Shown in pieces: positions 9,953 through 20,596 of a DNA stretch of 64,000 bases (position 1 is its first letter; each line of letters starts with the position of its first letter). The stretch lies in IMG/VR virus record IMGVR_UViG_3300037400_004242; one strand, written 5' to 3'. The notes beneath the pieces are model-generated. The model was not told the DNA's origin. It saw only the letters and a list, made by a program, of their open reading frames with translations, and made no database searches. The position numbers were made by a program, and so were the translations under genes. This stretch comes from a virus (taxonomy: Duplodnaviria; Caudoviricetes).

Positions 9953-9990
9953 GAAAAGAAATACCACTATGGTATTTCTTTTCTTATGTT
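9953..9990 (+). terminator. Intrinsic terminator
   Basis: gaaaagaaatacca / tggtatttcttttc perfect stem. Confidence 0.8.
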
Positions 9991-10029
9991 TTATTTTATA
10001 AATAGAAAAATAAAAAAGGATGGATAAAT

Positions 10030-10266
10030 ATGAAAACAATTAAATGTGTACTTGATGTAGATTTTGATGATATAGAATATTGTGCAAATGATAGAGCAAG
10101 AAAATTTTTACGGAAAGTTGAAGATTTAGGATTAGAAGACCAATTTATGGATATTTTTGATGAAGAGACATTTGATGAAATTCTTCATTGTTTAAATAGT
10201 GATTTAGGATTAAAAATGATATGTCATTGGATGGATATTCCTGAGAAAGATGTATTAGATGTATGA
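10030..10266 (+). CDS. Small acidic hypothetical protein
   Basis: AAGGATGGA RBS; preceded by TTATTT-N6-TAGA (9991-10006) and followed by its own terminator. Confidence 0.6.
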   Translation: MKTIKCVLDVDFDDIEYCANDRARKFLRKVEDLGLEDQFMDIFDEETFDEILHCLNSDLGLKMICHWMDIPEKDVLDV

Positions 10267-10270
10267 TGAT

Positions 10271-10301
10271 AAAGAGGAACAATGAAATGTTCCTCTTTTT
10301 T
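10271..10301 (+). terminator. Intrinsic terminator
   Basis: aaagaggaaca / tgttcctcttt plus T-tract. Confidence 0.7.
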
Positions 10302-10323
10302 ATATAATATTTTGGTGATAAGT

Positions 10324-11604
10324 ATGTCTAAATTTGTAGATTTAACAAATCAAGTTTTTGGAGATTTGACGGTTATAAAACGTGCAGAAGATAGATGTGG
10401 TAGAACAAGATGGTTATGTAAATGCTCTTGTGGGAAAATTGTGGAACGTTATGCTTATGATTTAAAACATGGAAATACGACTTCTTGTGGATGTAAGAAA
10501 AAGAAAAAAATATCAAAATCGGAAACAATACATGGGATGTCAAAAACAAAATTTTATAAAACATTTCATGGTATGAAACAAAGATGTTATAATCTAAAAA
10601 ACAAAAGATACAAAAATTATGGTGGAAGAGGAATTATTGTTGAATGGAAAAATTTTTCTGAATTTTATCATGATATGTATGATTCATATTTAGAACATGT
10701 TAAAATATATGGAGAAAAAAATACGACAATAGATAGAATTGATGTAAATAAAAACTATAGTAAAGAGAATTGTCGTTGGGCTACATGGGAAGAACAAGCA
10801 TTAAATACAACAAGAAATATTAAAATAACTTATCACAATAAGGAATATACAGTAGAAGAAATTAGCAAGATGACGAATCTTTCTAGTAAATGTATTTATG
10901 AGAGATTATCTTTAGGATGGGATATAGAAAGAATTTTTAAGAAAGAGAAAAAGAAAGCATCAACTTCCAAAGAAATTTTGATAACATATCAAGGAGAAAC
11001 ACATAATCTTACAGAGTGGAGTAAAATTATGAATATGTCTGTAGGAAAAATAAGTTATCGGTATCATTTAGGATGGGATGCAGAAAAAATATTTTATTAT
11101 CAAAAAGAGACAAAAATAAAAGAAAAAACATTTCAAACGTATAATGATTATAAAGATGAAATTATTCTTGTCACAGATAAAATTCATAATTTAATTCATA
11201 AAAAATTTGGGGCACTTACAGTAATTGCAAGATTGACGAATAAAAATGGAAAAATACGATGGCTTTGTAAATGCGATTGTGGAAATTATTGTGATAAATT
11301 AGGAAACAGTTTAACAACACATCATACAACTTCATGCGGATGTAAAATTAATCGAAGAGGAATTACTAAAATATATCATCAAGAATATATTGTATGGAAT
11401 AATATAAAACAATGGTGTTATAATTTAAAAAATCCGAAATATCAATATTATGGTAAAAAAGGGATAAAAATGAGTGACGTATGGAAAAATAGTTTTCAAA
11501 GGTTTTTAAATGATGTAGGTAAGAAACCTGAGCATACAATTTTATCTAGGAAAGACGAATTTCAAGATTTTACAAAAGAGAATTGTTATTGGAAGGGAAT
11601 ATAA
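10324..11604 (+). CDS. Multi-module HNH-like (His-Me finger related) homing endonuclease-type protein
   Basis: DLTNQVFGDLTV..WLCKCSCG..SCGC, MKQRC..YGGRGI..IDRIDVN..NCRWAT and a second degenerate copy; GGTGA RBS favours ATG 10324. Confidence 0.75.
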   Translation: MSKFVDLTNQVFGDLTVIKRAEDRCGRTRWLCKCSCGKIVERYAYDLKHGNTTSCGCKKKKKISKSETIHGMSKTKFYKTFHGMKQRCYNLKNKRYKNYGGRGIIVEWKNFSEFYHDMYDSYLEHVKIYGEKNTTIDRIDVNKNYSKENCRWATWEEQALNTTRNIKITYHNKEYTVEEISKMTNLSSKCIYERLSLGWDIERIFKKEKKKASTSKEILITYQGETHNLTEWSKIMNMSVGKISYRYHLGWDAEKIFYYQKETKIKEKTFQTYNDYKDEIILVTDKIHNLIHKKFGALTVIARLTNKNGKIRWLCKCDCGNYCDKLGNSLTTHHTTSCGCKINRRGITKIYHQEYIVWNNIKQWCYNLKNPKYQYYGKKGIKMSDVWKNSFQRFLNDVGKKPEHTILSRKDEFQDFTKENCYWKGI

Positions 11605-13065
11605 ATGCCAAATATTATTGATTTGACAAATCAAGTTTTTGGAGATTTGACAGTTATTTGTCGTGCAAAAGGAAAGAATCATCGTGCATATTGGTTATGC
11701 AAATGTAAATGTGGAAATGAGAAAATAATCAATGGTACGAATTTAATTCATGGAAAAACAAAAACTTGTGGGCATTGTAAAATAAAAGATATTCCTTCAA
11801 AAGGAATGTATGGTATTCATTCTGTTTTTCATACATTGGAAGAGTGGAGTAATATTACAGGATTATCTGTTAATGATGTAAAAGAATGTTTTGAACAGCA
11901 TATTTCATTTTTTGATTTTATGAAACGAAATCAAACGATAGATGAAACAGGAAATAGATATGGAAAATTAACAGTTATAAAACAAGTAGAAAATGATAAA
12001 TTCAATCGTGCATGTTGGTTATGTAAATGTGATTGTGGAAATGAAATTGTTGTAGAAGGAGCACAATTAAGAAGTAAAGAATATGCGTCTTGTGGATGTG
12101 AGAAAAAGAATCGTTTGAAAGAATTAACACAAACACATGGAAAATCAAAAACATCTACTTATCAATCTTGGCTAAGTATGAAAAGTAGATGTTATAATCG
12201 TAATAATAATCGGTATGAAAATTATGGAGGTCGTGGAATTAAAGTTTGTGAACAATGGAAAAATAATTTTGAACAATTTTTAAAAGATATGGGAGAAAAG
12301 CCTAATATTCATTATTCTATTGATAGGATAGATGTCAATGGAGACTATGAGCCGTATAATTGTAGATGGGCAACGAATGCACAACAAGCGAATAACAAAC
12401 AAAATTCAAATCACAATTATAAAAAAGAATTAGAAGTAATTTATTGGAATATTCATAAACGATGTAACGTAAAAACATCGAAGAATTATAAAAATTATGG
12501 TGGAAGAAATATTAAATTAGAATGGAAATCATTTATTGATTTTTATCGTGATATGTTAAAATCTTATGTAGAACATCGTGAAGTTTATGGTAGAAAAAAT
12601 ACATCCATAGATAGAATTGATGTGAATGGAAATTATTGTAAAGAAAATTGTAAATGGAGCACTTTAAAAGAACAAGCAAATAATAAAAGAAATACGATTG
12701 TTTTAGTGTATAAAAATATTTCTCATACTTTGTTTGAATGGAGTAAAATAGTAGGTATCAAGCAAAATGTTTTGTATCGCAGGTATCAATTACATTGGAA
12801 TGTTGAAGATATTTTATATAAGCCTGTAAAAAATAGTGTTTCAAAAGAAACTCTGTTGGAAAAACATACTTATAATTCATGGAAAGACATGTTAAGATAT
12901 GCTAAAAGAAGAAATATAGATGTTCAAGTATCGTGGAATATTTATAATAATTTTTTTTATGATATGGGATTAAAATTTGAACATTCAAAATTGACAAGAA
13001 TAGATAAAACAAAAGGATATTCAAAAGAAAATTGTATTTGGAAAAGAAGTGATAAGAATGGATAG
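11605..13065 (+). CDS. Second multi-module HNH-like homing endonuclease-type protein
   Basis: Two Cys ribbons, two YGGR..IDRIDVNG.Y...NC.W modules and one degenerate module; 5' ~40 nt nearly identical to previous gene. Confidence 0.75.
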   Translation: MPNIIDLTNQVFGDLTVICRAKGKNHRAYWLCKCKCGNEKIINGTNLIHGKTKTCGHCKIKDIPSKGMYGIHSVFHTLEEWSNITGLSVNDVKECFEQHISFFDFMKRNQTIDETGNRYGKLTVIKQVENDKFNRACWLCKCDCGNEIVVEGAQLRSKEYASCGCEKKNRLKELTQTHGKSKTSTYQSWLSMKSRCYNRNNNRYENYGGRGIKVCEQWKNNFEQFLKDMGEKPNIHYSIDRIDVNGDYEPYNCRWATNAQQANNKQNSNHNYKKELEVIYWNIHKRCNVKTSKNYKNYGGRNIKLEWKSFIDFYRDMLKSYVEHREVYGRKNTSIDRIDVNGNYCKENCKWSTLKEQANNKRNTIVLVYKNISHTLFEWSKIVGIKQNVLYRRYQLHWNVEDILYKPVKNSVSKETLLEKHTYNSWKDMLRYAKRRNIDVQVSWNIYNNFFYDMGLKFEHSKLTRIDKTKGYSKENCIWKRSDKNG

Positions 13066-13083
13066 AAATATAATTATTTATTT

Positions 13084-13238
13084 AGAAGGGATTGCGGAAT
13101 CAGTATAAAACTAAGCCTATGGAGATTGTGTAAGACGTAAAAAGGTATGGCTACGCCATACCTCATGCGATTTCACCGCATACGCTACGGTCAAAGAAAT
13201 AGGAATCCCCCACATGTACATGTGGGGGAGGATGTCAA
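13084..13238 (+). ncRNA. IS200/IS605 right end / TnpB omega-RNA-like element without tnpB
   Basis: GCCTATGGAGATTGTGTAAGAC...ACGGTC..GAAATAGGAATCCCCCACATG-TA-CATGTGGGGGAGGATGTCAA; CCTAT/ATAGG and GATTGT/ACGGTC pairings, two internal hairpins, terminal TCAA. Confidence 0.75.
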
Positions 13239-13283
13239 CAAGTATGGTAGTAGCAAGAGCAAAATTAATAGAAGGAAATAATT

Positions 13284-13580
13284 ATGGAATTAACGTATGA
13301 TAAAATGAAAGAAGATTATGGTTCAATAAAATATAACAATGAAGAATATATCATCGTAAATGAGATACCATATTATGATTATCAGTATAAAGGACATAAT
13401 CAGCAAGAATATTACAAAGGAATTGCAGTAAAATTAGGTGATGAAATAGATGAAGATGGATTTGTACCTGCGTATGAAATGAAATGGGATATAAAAAACA
13501 AAGATGAAATTCCTCCTTGTGATTGGAACAGTCCAAAAGAAATTACAGAGAATGGGTATTATCAAATTGAAGAAATATAA
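13284..13580 (+). CDS. Small acidic hypothetical protein
   Basis: GAAGGA RBS; followed by terminator. Confidence 0.6.
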   Translation: MELTYDKMKEDYGSIKYNNEEYIIVNEIPYYDYQYKGHNQQEYYKGIAVKLGDEIDEDGFVPAYEMKWDIKNKDEIPPCDWNSPKEITENGYYQIEEI

Positions 13581-13584
13581 AAGA

Positions 13585-13633
13585 AAAAGCTGTGTGTAAT
13601 GCAAAAACACACAGCTTTTATTTATTTTTTAGA
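13585..13633 (+). terminator. Terminator fused to TTATTT-N6-TAGA motif
   Basis: aaaagctgtgtgt / acacacagctttt followed by TTATTTATTTTTTAGA (13618-13633). Confidence 0.75.
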
Positions 13634-13675
13634 GCAAAAAGTCAAGAAAAATTAGAAAGGGTGTCTTGAACAGAA

Positions 13676-14632
13676 ATGGCAGATGAAAAAGATAAGAAAG
13701 AAAAACGAAGAATTATTATGGATATAATTTTTCGCGGATATGCAACAAAAGAAATAAAAAAGTTTCATAAGCGTTGGAAGTTTAAGACATTAAATTCTGA
13801 AGAACATCGTAAGATATGGTCAATATCTACGATAAGTGATGATGAATCTGTTAATTGGGTAACATATAAAGCACAGATATTAAAGAGTGCTTTTTTATCT
13901 TTAAATGATATAGAAGCAACAGAAGAAGGAAAAGATGAAATCTTTGAACAACTTCCACAGTCAGTTATTGATGCATTATATGAAGAATACCGAAAACTAG
14001 ATGACATTCAATTGCAAGCAAGTAATGAAATGGAACTGATTAAAGAAATCACAGAAAGTCCTTATTCTAGAGTAAAATTTAGAGTAATGAAAGAATTTAA
14101 TATTTTGCCAACGGATAAAAGATATAAAGAATTGAATGAGCATCAAATGTTATGGTTATATGAAAATATCATGAAAGATATGCAAGAAGAAGAAGAACGA
14201 AAAAAACAAAGAATGGATTATCTTGCATTTTATATTAATCCTGAATTAGCGCAAGAAGTAAGGAATAAAGAAAAAGAACGCGAAGGTGCTAAAGATGGAT
14301 TCGGGACAAGTAAACCTGTTGAAAAAATGAAAGCACATGATGAAGCAACGAATGACCCAAATATTATTACGCATTATGGTGATACAACTGTAGATGAAGA
14401 TTTTGATGCGAAGTTAAAACTTTTTGCTACAGATGAAGAATTGACAGAATTAGATGATGATACACACAAAGGAAATTCTGCTGAGACAAAAGATTCCTTC
14501 TTATCTCGTGTTGTAGGAGCACAAAAAGAAATCCAAGATGCGAATGAAAAGGTGTTAGAAAAACAAGTAGAAGAAGATGCGAAAAAAGCAGGGATAAATC
14601 CTGATGACTTGGATATTATCGAAGTAAAATAA
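13676..14632 (+). CDS. Tail assembly chaperone
   Basis: WKFKTLNSEE...ILKSA.LSLN...LPQSVIDALYEEY plus FNILPTDKRY..LNEHQMLWLY extension; directly upstream of tape-measure genes. Confidence 0.7.
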   Translation: MADEKDKKEKRRIIMDIIFRGYATKEIKKFHKRWKFKTLNSEEHRKIWSISTISDDESVNWVTYKAQILKSAFLSLNDIEATEEGKDEIFEQLPQSVIDALYEEYRKLDDIQLQASNEMELIKEITESPYSRVKFRVMKEFNILPTDKRYKELNEHQMLWLYENIMKDMQEEEERKKQRMDYLAFYINPELAQEVRNKEKEREGAKDGFGTSKPVEKMKAHDEATNDPNIITHYGDTTVDEDFDAKLKLFATDEELTELDDDTHKGNSAETKDSFLSRVVGAQKEIQDANEKVLEKQVEEDAKKAGINPDDLDIIEVK

Positions 14633-14653
14633 AGAGAAAGGAGGATAAAGGAT

Positions 14654-17600
14654 TTGGCAGATGAAGTAAAAAGTAATAATTTAGATGTGACACAAACTGG
14701 TTTTAAGTTAATAGCTAAAACTGGTGCAAAATTAGAGAATGATACAGGAACTAATACATTACAAAATTCTCTAGAAGATAGTAGTGCAAAAAAGGCAGTC
14801 GAAGAGTTTAATAAATTAACAAGTTCTGCAAAGCCGATAAAAGAAGAAATAGATAAATTAATTGAAGCAATTAGCAATCAAAATATTGAAGGAATTCAAC
14901 AATTTTTAACAGAATTGCAACAAAATGCAACAACGTTGCAAAGTGCAATTGAATCAGGTAGTGTGGGTGATAATTCTACTATTTCGAGTTTAACATCACA
15001 ACTTTCTGAAATTCAAAAGGCTTCCACGCAGATTCAATCAGAGATTAATGGGATACAAGAAAAATATCAAACAGCATTTAATAATGTAGGCGAAGCATTT
15101 GCAAAACAAATTGGGGATGCGATGACAGGAGTATCGCAAACGATTGAACAAACATCTTCAAAAGTAAAAGAGTTTGCAGGTGCTTTAAATGAAATTAGTG
15201 TAAAAACAGGAGATATGCAACAAGAAGCGCAAAAAACAATTGATGCTTCTAAGCAAGTTCAACAAGCAATTTCAGAAGCCTATAAAGCACAAGAAGAAGC
15301 TATTAAAAAAGGAAATGTGTTAGCTTCTAAAACAGAAGAAACACAAGAAGTTATTGATGCTGAAATCGAACAAATCATTCAAGATATTAACAATCAAACA
15401 GGCGCATTTAAACAAATTGGTGATGAAATAAAACAAATGAGCGAAACACTTGCAGGAGAAGTAAGTGCGGAGCTAGAGAAAAATCTAGAACAATTACAAT
15501 TAGGGGTAACAGATGCACAAAAGAACGGCGAAGATGTAAGTGCAGATATAATTGTAAATCAGTTGCTAGAAAATTTTACATCAAAATTACAAATGGTAAA
15601 TGACATTAAAGCAAAGGATGACGGGAGCAACGTAGAAGTCATTCGTTCTTTAAGAGATTTTACAAATCAAATTCAAGAAAGTTTTTCTAATTCAATTCGT
15701 CAGAAGATTGATGTTATTCAGGAATATGCAAAAAGTGCTAATGTAGATAATAAAGAATTAGAAAGTGGAATTTTAAGTTTAAATGGATTATTAACAGAGA
15801 TAGAAGAACGTACACAAAGTACGCTTACAACGAATGAAAACGCTTTTAAGACGGCTTTGATAAATGCTGTGAATAATTATAGTCAACAGCAAAAAGAAGC
15901 CGCTACACCGGGAACCAAGAGCTATAATCGGGCTAGTGAATTATTGGCAAATAAGAGTTTAAGTGCGATTAACTATGATGATATTGCCAATGGTGCAAAT
16001 GATGCTTTAATTAATCTAGAATATTCTCGTGGAAAGAATAATCCTTGGTATCAATATGTTACAACAGGAAATTTACTTGGTAATAAAACAGATTTAGCAA
16101 ACAATTTAAGGAATGTACAACGTCATGGTGTTATTGCACAATCTGTAATTCCAAATGCAATTGAAACTCTTAGTAAGAGTGGATTAAGTAATAAAGAAAA
16201 AGCAGAAAATATTGGAAAACTTGCAGGAGCAAATTTATCAGTAAGTGATTCTATTAAACAAACTGCAAAAGGTATGAATTTATCAAGCGGTGGTGGTAAG
16301 AATCTTACAGAAGAAGATAAAAAAGTTTTTGAAGCGTTCCAAAAACAATTAAATAGTGCATTAGATAATTTAACTCGTACTATTAATGCGATTGAAGATT
16401 TAGACCCTGAAAATAAAACATTAGGAAAATTAAAAGAAGAACAGAAAGCGTTATTAGATTTAAAAAATCAAGCAGATAAAGCGAAAGATAGTTCATCAGC
16501 ATTGTCTAATGCCTTTTCAACAATTTGGAAAGGATTAGGAAAACTGAAAAACCTGTTAGCAGGTGGATTAGGTATGATGGGCTTAGGCGCACTTCTTTCT
16601 CCAATGCAAATGATTAATAAAGCTATTGGCTTTGAGGTAGAAGAAGGAAAAAGAAGATATGGCACAGCGATTACAGATTATTCAATGGGAGCAAGTTTAA
16701 ACCGTGGAAGAATCTATGATATTGCTCGTGTAAAGCCTTATGAGTATTTTAGATTATCGCAAGGTATGATAAAGGATGAAGAATATCTTAATTCTTATCG
16801 TACTATGGCTCAGGGCGTAGGAGGACATTACGGCTCAAATCCTGAAGCGGCGGCAAATGATATGCAAAGGATTACAGAAAATACTTTTGCATTTGGTCGT
16901 GTGAATGGATTAAGTGATTCTTCTATTGCAGGATTCATGAAAGCGACGTATAAAGATACTCGAATGTCTGCGGATGAAGCAAGTGCGGCATTAGTAGAAG
17001 TAGCACAAGCCGCTCAGTCAGCAGGTGTCCCTGTTGAAAAATATGTTAATACTATTACAAGTCTGTCACAACAGTTAATAAACCAAGGTGTAGGATTTGA
17101 ACAAGTAAAATCTTCTATGAATGGTTTAGTAACAAGGCGTGGATTGCGTGTTGAAGATGCTTCAAGTTTGTTGCAAAGTCAAGCGAGAGCAAATGAAAAT
17201 ATGGCAAGAGACTTGAATGGTAGTGCATTTTGGGGAATGATGTCAGGTCAAGGTCGTGACCCAATGAGTTTGATTGCAAGTGGTTATGACGCTTACGATG
17301 CAAAAACGGGTCAGCCGAAAGATGGCTATTTCCAAATGATGGCACAAAGAGTTATGTCAGAAGCTGGAACGATGGGCATGATTGGCGGTAATGCTATGGG
17401 CGGCGTCATGTTCATGGAATCTTTAATGCAACGTGGCTATACTCGTAAAGATGCTTCTATGATTGAAGATGCTCGTGAAAAGGGTGATGTTGGACTTGTT
17501 GCTGAACTTCTGAAAAAAGCAGAAGAACATAAAGATGGTGGTATTAATTCTTTAGCAAGTGCTATTGATGATGCAAAAGCAAAATTACAAGAAGCAGGTA

Positions 17601-20578
17601 ATCAAGTTTCTATTTTTCAAAAATTACAAGTAGATTTAGAAAGTGCTCAAAAGAAAATTGGTCAAGCAATTAGTGATTATTTGTCAGGCCCTCTCGCTTT
17701 ATTTAGACAAGGATTTGAAAAAGTTCTTGATACAATTGTAAAATATAGTGGAAAATTAATTGATGCAATTTCTGAATTTATTGGAGGAATGACAGGAAAA
17801 GGAGATTCGTCTCTTGCAAAAGCAGGAGCTTTTGTAGCGAATAATGCTGAATATGTATGGAAGAATCCTGGTCATGCTTTAGCATATACTGCCGCAGGAG
17901 TAGCTGGTTTAGGTGGCTTATATTTAGCTGGTCGTAAAGGATTAGGTGCGGCATCTGCTAAATTGTTTAAAAATTCAGGACCAAAAGGAACTAGTAATAT
18001 AGGCAAAACTATTACAAGCCTTGGAAGTAAAGGTAGAACAGGTGCTGTTTTGGCTGGTGCTGGATTAGCCGCATTAGCAGGAGGTTTTGCTCTTTCAACT
18101 TTAGTTAGTATGTTTACCAATGGTAGTGCTACAATTCGTGCGAATAATTCTGAAGCAGAAGAAGATAAAACAGCAGGAATGGCAGAAGCTAATATGTTAG
18201 CACAACCTCCTTCAAATCCAGGTTTAAGTGAAAGTAATTCTCCTGCAAGTAGTGGAGAAAGTGCTGTAGAACAATCTACAAGTACAGAAAGTAATACAGA
18301 AGAAGTTCCGAATGAAAACGGAGCTACTTATGGAGAAGGATATACAGAAGAATATAGTCAAATAGATTCTAATTTAGAAGATAAAAAAGGAGAATACAAT
18401 GAAAGTTTAAGTAATGCTGAATTTTTAAATGAATCTGTTAAAGAAATGTATGGCGATGCTATTGAAAATCAGCCATTATATGATGATAGTAAATATCAAG
18501 AACAACAGAAAAATGAAGAATCTAATAATGTTAGTAATGATATATTAGCGGCTTCTGTTGTTGGAACTTCTGCATTAGGATATGCAGGATATAAATATAA
18601 AAATAGAAATGCACAGCCTGGAGTGAAATCATCTTTTAAAAATGCATCAAAATTTGGAAAAGTTGGGAGAATTTTAGGCGGTGTTGGTAGTTTAGCTTAT
18701 TTTGGAGTTCAAGGCTATCAAGAATTTTTCGGAGAAAATGCAAATAAATATACAGGTGCACAACATATTGGTAGATTTGGTATTGATTTAGCAACAGGAT
18801 TAGCTGGAGCGTCATTAGGTGCTAAAGCTGGTGGTGCTATTGGAGCGGCATTTGGTGGAATTGGTGCTGTGCCTGGTGCTCTTTTAGGTGGTGTTGTAGG
18901 TGGACTTGCTGGTGGTGTAGCAAGTGATGTAATTAAAAATTCTTCATTAGGTAAAAAGTTTGGATTAGCAGATGTAGATGATGTTCGTGAAGCGCATGAT
19001 AAATATCAAAGTCGCGTAAAGCAATCAGAAAGTATTTATGGTGATGCAACAAAAAGTATTGTAAGTTCTAATGATGCAAGGACAAAAGCCGCAGAGCAAG
19101 CATTAAATTTGCATGGAATGAAATTGGAAGATTTAACAAATGACCAAGAACAATATATGAACGATGTTTATGCAGATTTAAAAGCGCATGGACTAGAAGA
19201 AAGCGTAGCGGCATTTATAGCGGCATTGTCCACAGCAGGTGTTGCTACACAGCAAAATAATGATGGTAAATTTGCATTAGAAAATGATAAAGATGTTACT
19301 GCAAAAGCTATGGATAAATTATTTCGTATTGAATCTAATAGTGCTTTAGGTTCTGAATATCCTGATACAAATGATTTTTTTCATGGAAACGATACAGATA
19401 ATCATAAAGGTGACCATAATAATTTATTTGCTTTAGATGTTGGTCGTAAATGGTTGCCATCAGAATCAATGTCATATGATGATAAAATGGCATTAGGTAA
19501 TGAGATTGCTACTGCCGCAAATTATGCGGCATCAAATCCAGATTCTGATATGTCTGGATTATTTAAAAGAATTTTCCCAGATGCTGGTACAGGAACAGCT
19601 TCAAGTATTGGAAAAGCTATAGAAAAATCATGGAATGATATAGATAAAGATGAAGCATCTGTAACAAATTGGTTGCAAGATAAGGCGGGTAAAATTTCAT
19701 ATTTTGCAAAAGAGGATAATAAAGACGATTTAACTAAAATTGCTGGAAAGATTGCAGAAGAAAAAGTTAATGGAGAAACTGCAACTTCGCATCCTGAGCA
19801 GGTTGCAAGTCAGTATCAATTAGGTCCTACTGTATCACAACAACAAGAAAATGCTAAGTCGCAACAACAAAGTACTCCAGCGCAAGAAAAAATGACACCT
19901 GAAAGTGTTGCAAAGAAAAATATGGAAAATTATAAAAATATGGAAGAACAAATTTCAGGTTTAGCTGGAATAAAAGATAGAGCATTATGGGCAGATAATA
20001 TAGCAACAGGTCAATTTATTTTTGATGGTACAACAACATTAGGAATGAATGGAAAACATCTTTCTTTAAAAGGAGCTAGAGACTTGTTCCGTATGAATAG
20101 TGGTAGAAGAACAAAAGATATGTATTCTTCTACATTACAAGGTTATGCTGATGGTGAAGGTAATCATCTTGAAGGTGCAGGTGTTAAAGATATTCGTGAA
20201 AATATGGAAAAGAAATATCTAAAACCTGCAAGAACAGTTTTTGCGGATGGAGAGCATTTTAAAGGAACTGCTGATGTCACAAATGCATTAGAGACAATGC
20301 ATCAGCAACAAAAGAAATATCAAGAGCAACAAGAATCAACATATGCACAAAATAAAGAAAATCAAGAAAAAGCAAAACATGAACAAGATGAAAAGAATAA
20401 CAATAATGCAGAAAGTGCATCAATACAAATTGTTGTTATGGGTTCTGGTGGAGATAAACAAACAGCAAAAACTGCTCAGGAAATTGCGCAAAGTGCTCAA
20501 AGAGCAAACCAAGAAGCAGATAGATTAAGAGAAGAGTATAAAGCTAAATTTGAATCAGAAAATATGACAAATACTTAA
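14654..20578 (+). CDS. Tape measure protein paralog A (no recognisable hydrolase; glycine-zipper segments)
   Basis: 1974 aa; coiled-coil N-terminus, helical TMP-like core, hydrophobic Gly/Ala segments (GASLGAKAGGAIGAAFGGIGAVPGALLGG); after chaperone; AAGGAGG RBS, TTG start. Confidence 0.8.
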   Translation: MADEVKSNNLDVTQTGFKLIAKTGAKLENDTGTNTLQNSLEDSSAKKAVEEFNKLTSSAKPIKEEIDKLIEAISNQNIEGIQQFLTELQQNATTLQSAIESGSVGDNSTISSLTSQLSEIQKASTQIQSEINGIQEKYQTAFNNVGEAFAKQIGDAMTGVSQTIEQTSSKVKEFAGALNEISVKTGDMQQEAQKTIDASKQVQQAISEAYKAQEEAIKKGNVLASKTEETQEVIDAEIEQIIQDINNQTGAFKQIGDEIKQMSETLAGEVSAELEKNLEQLQLGVTDAQKNGEDVSADIIVNQLLENFTSKLQMVNDIKAKDDGSNVEVIRSLRDFTNQIQESFSNSIRQKIDVIQEYAKSANVDNKELESGILSLNGLLTEIEERTQSTLTTNENAFKTALINAVNNYSQQQKEAATPGTKSYNRASELLANKSLSAINYDDIANGANDALINLEYSRGKNNPWYQYVTTGNLLGNKTDLANNLRNVQRHGVIAQSVIPNAIETLSKSGLSNKEKAENIGKLAGANLSVSDSIKQTAKGMNLSSGGGKNLTEEDKKVFEAFQKQLNSALDNLTRTINAIEDLDPENKTLGKLKEEQKALLDLKNQADKAKDSSSALSNAFSTIWKGLGKLKNLLAGGLGMMGLGALLSPMQMINKAIGFEVEEGKRRYGTAITDYSMGASLNRGRIYDIARVKPYEYFRLSQGMIKDEEYLNSYRTMAQGVGGHYGSNPEAAANDMQRITENTFAFGRVNGLSDSSIAGFMKATYKDTRMSADEASAALVEVAQAAQSAGVPVEKYVNTITSLSQQLINQGVGFEQVKSSMNGLVTRRGLRVEDASSLLQSQARANENMARDLNGSAFWGMMSGQGRDPMSLIASGYDAYDAKTGQPKDGYFQMMAQRVMSEAGTMGMIGGNAMGGVMFMESLMQRGYTRKDASMIEDAREKGDVGLVAELLKKAEEHKDGGINSLASAIDDAKAKLQEAGNQVSIFQKLQVDLESAQKKIGQAISDYLSGPLALFRQGFEKVLDTIVKYSGKLIDAISEFIGGMTGKGDSSLAKAGAFVANNAEYVWKNPGHALAYTAAGVAGLGGLYLAGRKGLGAASAKLFKNSGPKGTSNIGKTITSLGSKGRTGAVLAGAGLAALAGGFALSTLVSMFTNGSATIRANNSEAEEDKTAGMAEANMLAQPPSNPGLSESNSPASSGESAVEQSTSTESNTEEVPNENGATYGEGYTEEYSQIDSNLEDKKGEYNESLSNAEFLNESVKEMYGDAIENQPLYDDSKYQEQQKNEESNNVSNDILAASVVGTSALGYAGYKYKNRNAQPGVKSSFKNASKFGKVGRILGGVGSLAYFGVQGYQEFFGENANKYTGAQHIGRFGIDLATGLAGASLGAKAGGAIGAAFGGIGAVPGALLGGVVGGLAGGVASDVIKNSSLGKKFGLADVDDVREAHDKYQSRVKQSESIYGDATKSIVSSNDARTKAAEQALNLHGMKLEDLTNDQEQYMNDVYADLKAHGLEESVAAFIAALSTAGVATQQNNDGKFALENDKDVTAKAMDKLFRIESNSALGSEYPDTNDFFHGNDTDNHKGDHNNLFALDVGRKWLPSESMSYDDKMALGNEIATAANYAASNPDSDMSGLFKRIFPDAGTGTASSIGKAIEKSWNDIDKDEASVTNWLQDKAGKISYFAKEDNKDDLTKIAGKIAEEKVNGETATSHPEQVASQYQLGPTVSQQQENAKSQQQSTPAQEKMTPESVAKKNMENYKNMEEQISGLAGIKDRALWADNIATGQFIFDGTTTLGMNGKHLSLKGARDLFRMNSGRRTKDMYSSTLQGYADGEGNHLEGAGVKDIRENMEKKYLKPARTVFADGEHFKGTADVTNALETMHQQQKKYQEQQESTYAQNKENQEKAKHEQDEKNNNNAESASIQIVVMGSGGDKQTAKTAQEIAQSAQRANQEADRLREEYKAKFESENMTNT

Positions 20579-20596
20579 TGATTGAGGAGATTCGTT

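Noticed and set aside
10282-10323. Listed start of the first HNH-like gene
   Set aside because: Lies within a terminator hairpin; ATG 10324 has an RBS and aligns with the paralog's start
13676-14654. Programmed frameshift in the tail chaperone
   Set aside because: Both chaperone regions are already in one frame; no overlapping second ORF is needed
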